Position numbers and translations under genes: made by a program. From Thermodesulfobacteriota bacterium (lineage in GTDB: Bacteria; Desulfobacterota; Desulfobacteria; Desulfobacterales; B30-G6): a DNA stretch of 59,599 nt. The stretch spans positions 1 to 59,599 of the forward strand of contig JBDLJD010000004.1 in NCBI GenBank assembly GCA_039714495.1, written 5' to 3'. Positions 57,764 through 59,599 of the stretch are shown here, one piece after another (the stretch's first letter is position 1; every line of letters starts with the position of its first letter). The notes under the pieces were generated by a model. It did not search any database, was not told where the DNA came from, and was given only the letters and a program-made list of their open reading frames with translations.

Positions 57764-59398
57764 ATGAATACAAACAAGTGCAAAATCACCATCCAATCGG
57801 AAGACCGTACGATTTCAGTTGAACCGGGCCAGACCCTCCTCGAAGCCTTGGTGGGAGCGGGTGTGCTGCTACGGGCAGACTGCGGCGGCCGTGGTCGTTG
57901 CGGTAAATGCAAAATCCGGATCATTGCGCCCGAAAATGTGAACAGCGGAGACGACCTTCCCGAATCCGGTGTCCTAACCCAACAGGAGATAGAGAATGGA
58001 TACCGTTTGGGATGCCGCGTGGACGTCTTGGGAGACATGATTGTCGATATTCCCGAATCTTCGATGCTGACGCCCGAAGTGGCCCAGAAAGGCCCCACCA
58101 CCCTGCCGGATACAATCCCGGTTTCCCGGGCGCCATCCGCTCCCTACGGCATTGCTGTGGACCTGGGTACCACCACCATCGCACTTTACCTTTGCGACCT
58201 GAATGAAGGCAGGGTTGCCGCCTCAATATCCTTGAGGAACCCGCAGGTATTGCTGGGCGACGATGTCATGAGTCGGATTACGGCCGTGTCTCAAACCCCG
58301 GGCACCTTGAAACGCCTGCAGAAAATGGCTGTCAAAGCCATGGAGTGGGGCGTCGGCTCACTTTGCCGATCATCAGATGTCGATCCCCACACCATTGCGA
58401 CCATGGTCATCGTGGGCAACAGCACCATGATCCACATGTTTCTGGGCGAAGACCCCTCCTCCATTGGTGTGTTCCCTTATGAACCGCTGTTCAAGGAGGA
58501 AAGGTGCGTAGCAGCAGGCAGCCTTGGGCTGACGTTCAACCCTGTTGCGGAAGTTCGTACGCTGCCGCTTATTTCCGGATTTCTTGGGGCCGATATCGTC
58601 AGCGCAACACTGGCGGTCAACCTGGGCCAAAAGGCTGAAGGAACCCTGTTGGCGGATGTGGGCACCAACGGCGAAATCATTTTCCTCGGCAAGCACGGGT
58701 TTTCAGCTACTTCGTGTGCCACAGGGCCGGCCTTTGAAGGCGCCTCCATCCGCCACGGCATGCATGCTGTCTCAGGGGCCATCGACGCGATCAAAGTGGA
58801 TGCACAGACCGGAAAGGCGGTCTGCTCCGTTATTCAGAAAAATCCCAAACAACCCAAGAAAGTGTCCGGATTGTGCGGGTCAGGGGTGGTGAGTGCTGTG
58901 GCTGAACTCTGTCGGGCCGGCCTGATATTGAACGACGGGCGCTTCAACACGGAGGCAGCTCCGGATCTATTTCAGTATGAAGATGAATTGCCTGAATATA
59001 TTCTCGCGCCAGGCGAGGAAACCCTGTCAGGAAATGCTGTCACCCTGGCGCAGAGGGATATCCGTGCCATTCAGCTGGCCAAGGGAGCCCTCTACGCAGG
59101 CATACAGATGCTCTGCACTGAAAAAGGCTATGAAGGTCCTTCCCGTTTATTGATTGCCGGCGCCTTTGGCAGTTACATCGAAAAGGAAGACGCGCTGACC
59201 ATCGGCATGTTCCCTGCCCTGGCTTCAGAAGAGATCGAAATCGTAGGCAACGCTGCCGGCGCAGGAGCGGTGCTGACCCTGTTCGACGACAACTACCGTA
59301 AAAAGGCCCGGGAGCTGGTGCAGGAAACAGAAGTCCTTGAGCTGGCGCTGCACCCCGATTTTCAGGATATCTTCATCAAGTCGTTAGCGTTCCCATAA
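57764..59398 (+). CDS. Full-length RACo/RamA-like ASKHA corrinoid activator with N-terminal [2Fe-2S] ferredoxin
   Basis: CGGRGRCGKC...RLGC; VDLGTT, DVGTNGE, ATGPAFEG, GLCGSG, AGAFG, GNAAG. Confidence 0.92.
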   Translation: MNTNKCKITIQSEDRTISVEPGQTLLEALVGAGVLLRADCGGRGRCGKCKIRIIAPENVNSGDDLPESGVLTQQEIENGYRLGCRVDVLGDMIVDIPESSMLTPEVAQKGPTTLPDTIPVSRAPSAPYGIAVDLGTTTIALYLCDLNEGRVAASISLRNPQVLLGDDVMSRITAVSQTPGTLKRLQKMAVKAMEWGVGSLCRSSDVDPHTIATMVIVGNSTMIHMFLGEDPSSIGVFPYEPLFKEERCVAAGSLGLTFNPVAEVRTLPLISGFLGADIVSATLAVNLGQKAEGTLLADVGTNGEIIFLGKHGFSATSCATGPAFEGASIRHGMHAVSGAIDAIKVDAQTGKAVCSVIQKNPKQPKKVSGLCGSGVVSAVAELCRAGLILNDGRFNTEAAPDLFQYEDELPEYILAPGEETLSGNAVTLAQRDIRAIQLAKGALYAGIQMLCTEKGYEGPSRLLIAGAFGSYIEKEDALTIGMFPALASEEIEIVGNAAGAGAVLTLFDDNYRKKARELVQETEVLELALHPDFQDIFIKSLAFP

Positions 59399-59599
59399 AC
59401 TTCCATGGTAATTTATTATCTGTATTCTTGATAAGTAGCTGAAGGAAGTTTTTCTATACTTATCAAGGATTCAAGGGGTCCAGGGGCCGAGGGGCCAAGT
59501 GAAAACAACCTACTGTTCGTTGTTAGCTGTTGGCCGACAATCATCTATGAGCCACCAGCTACCAACGAAAATCAACCCTTGAAACCTCGGCCCCTTGAC

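Overview
Bacterial chromosomal window whose gene content (AOR, CooC, ASKHA/RACo activators, sigma-54 activator, CFI-tailed surface protein, short-period intergenic repeats) fits an anaerobic Desulfobacterota-like organism; the taxonomy is an inference. Core-like blocks alternate with accessory segments. (1) About 1-9.2 kb holds an orphan two-gene group-3-like [NiFe]-hydrogenase. Its small subunit is fused to two tandem cyclic-nucleotide-binding domains and its large subunit ends exactly at the L2 His. The pair is bracketed by two copies of a ~100 bp tripartite element. A STAND-BTAD regulator and a decayed tyrosine integrase lie at higher coordinates in the same segment. (2) 9.5-19.5 kb: cooC-HDAC-acuB-prmA-MBL-ASKHA run, acyl-CoA dehydrogenase, phasin-like gene and ubiB. 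(3) A 1344-aa surface protein that looks inserted, AOR plus ferredoxin, an unannotated 57-aa Cys protein and a MipA-like OMP. (4) 29.8-45.9 kb: AbiE toxin-antitoxin plus a sigma-54-controlled pathway of unknown substrate (UbiD, aconitase X L/S, two CrtI-like oxidoreductases, TAXI-TRAP, CoA ligase, a dead enoyl-CoA hydratase, LpdD-UbiX). (5) A lexA-DUF72-imuB-dnaE2 mutagenesis cassette followed by a nuclease-DinG helicase, with 18-bp arrays of co-varying C(GNA)G mini-hairpins on both sides of dnaE2. (6) Adenylate/guanylate cyclase, HU and a full-length RACo. No rRNA, tRNA or CRISPR array was recognised. The best candidates for undescribed systems are the cNMP-fused hydrogenase and the UbiD/AcnX/CrtI-like pathway.
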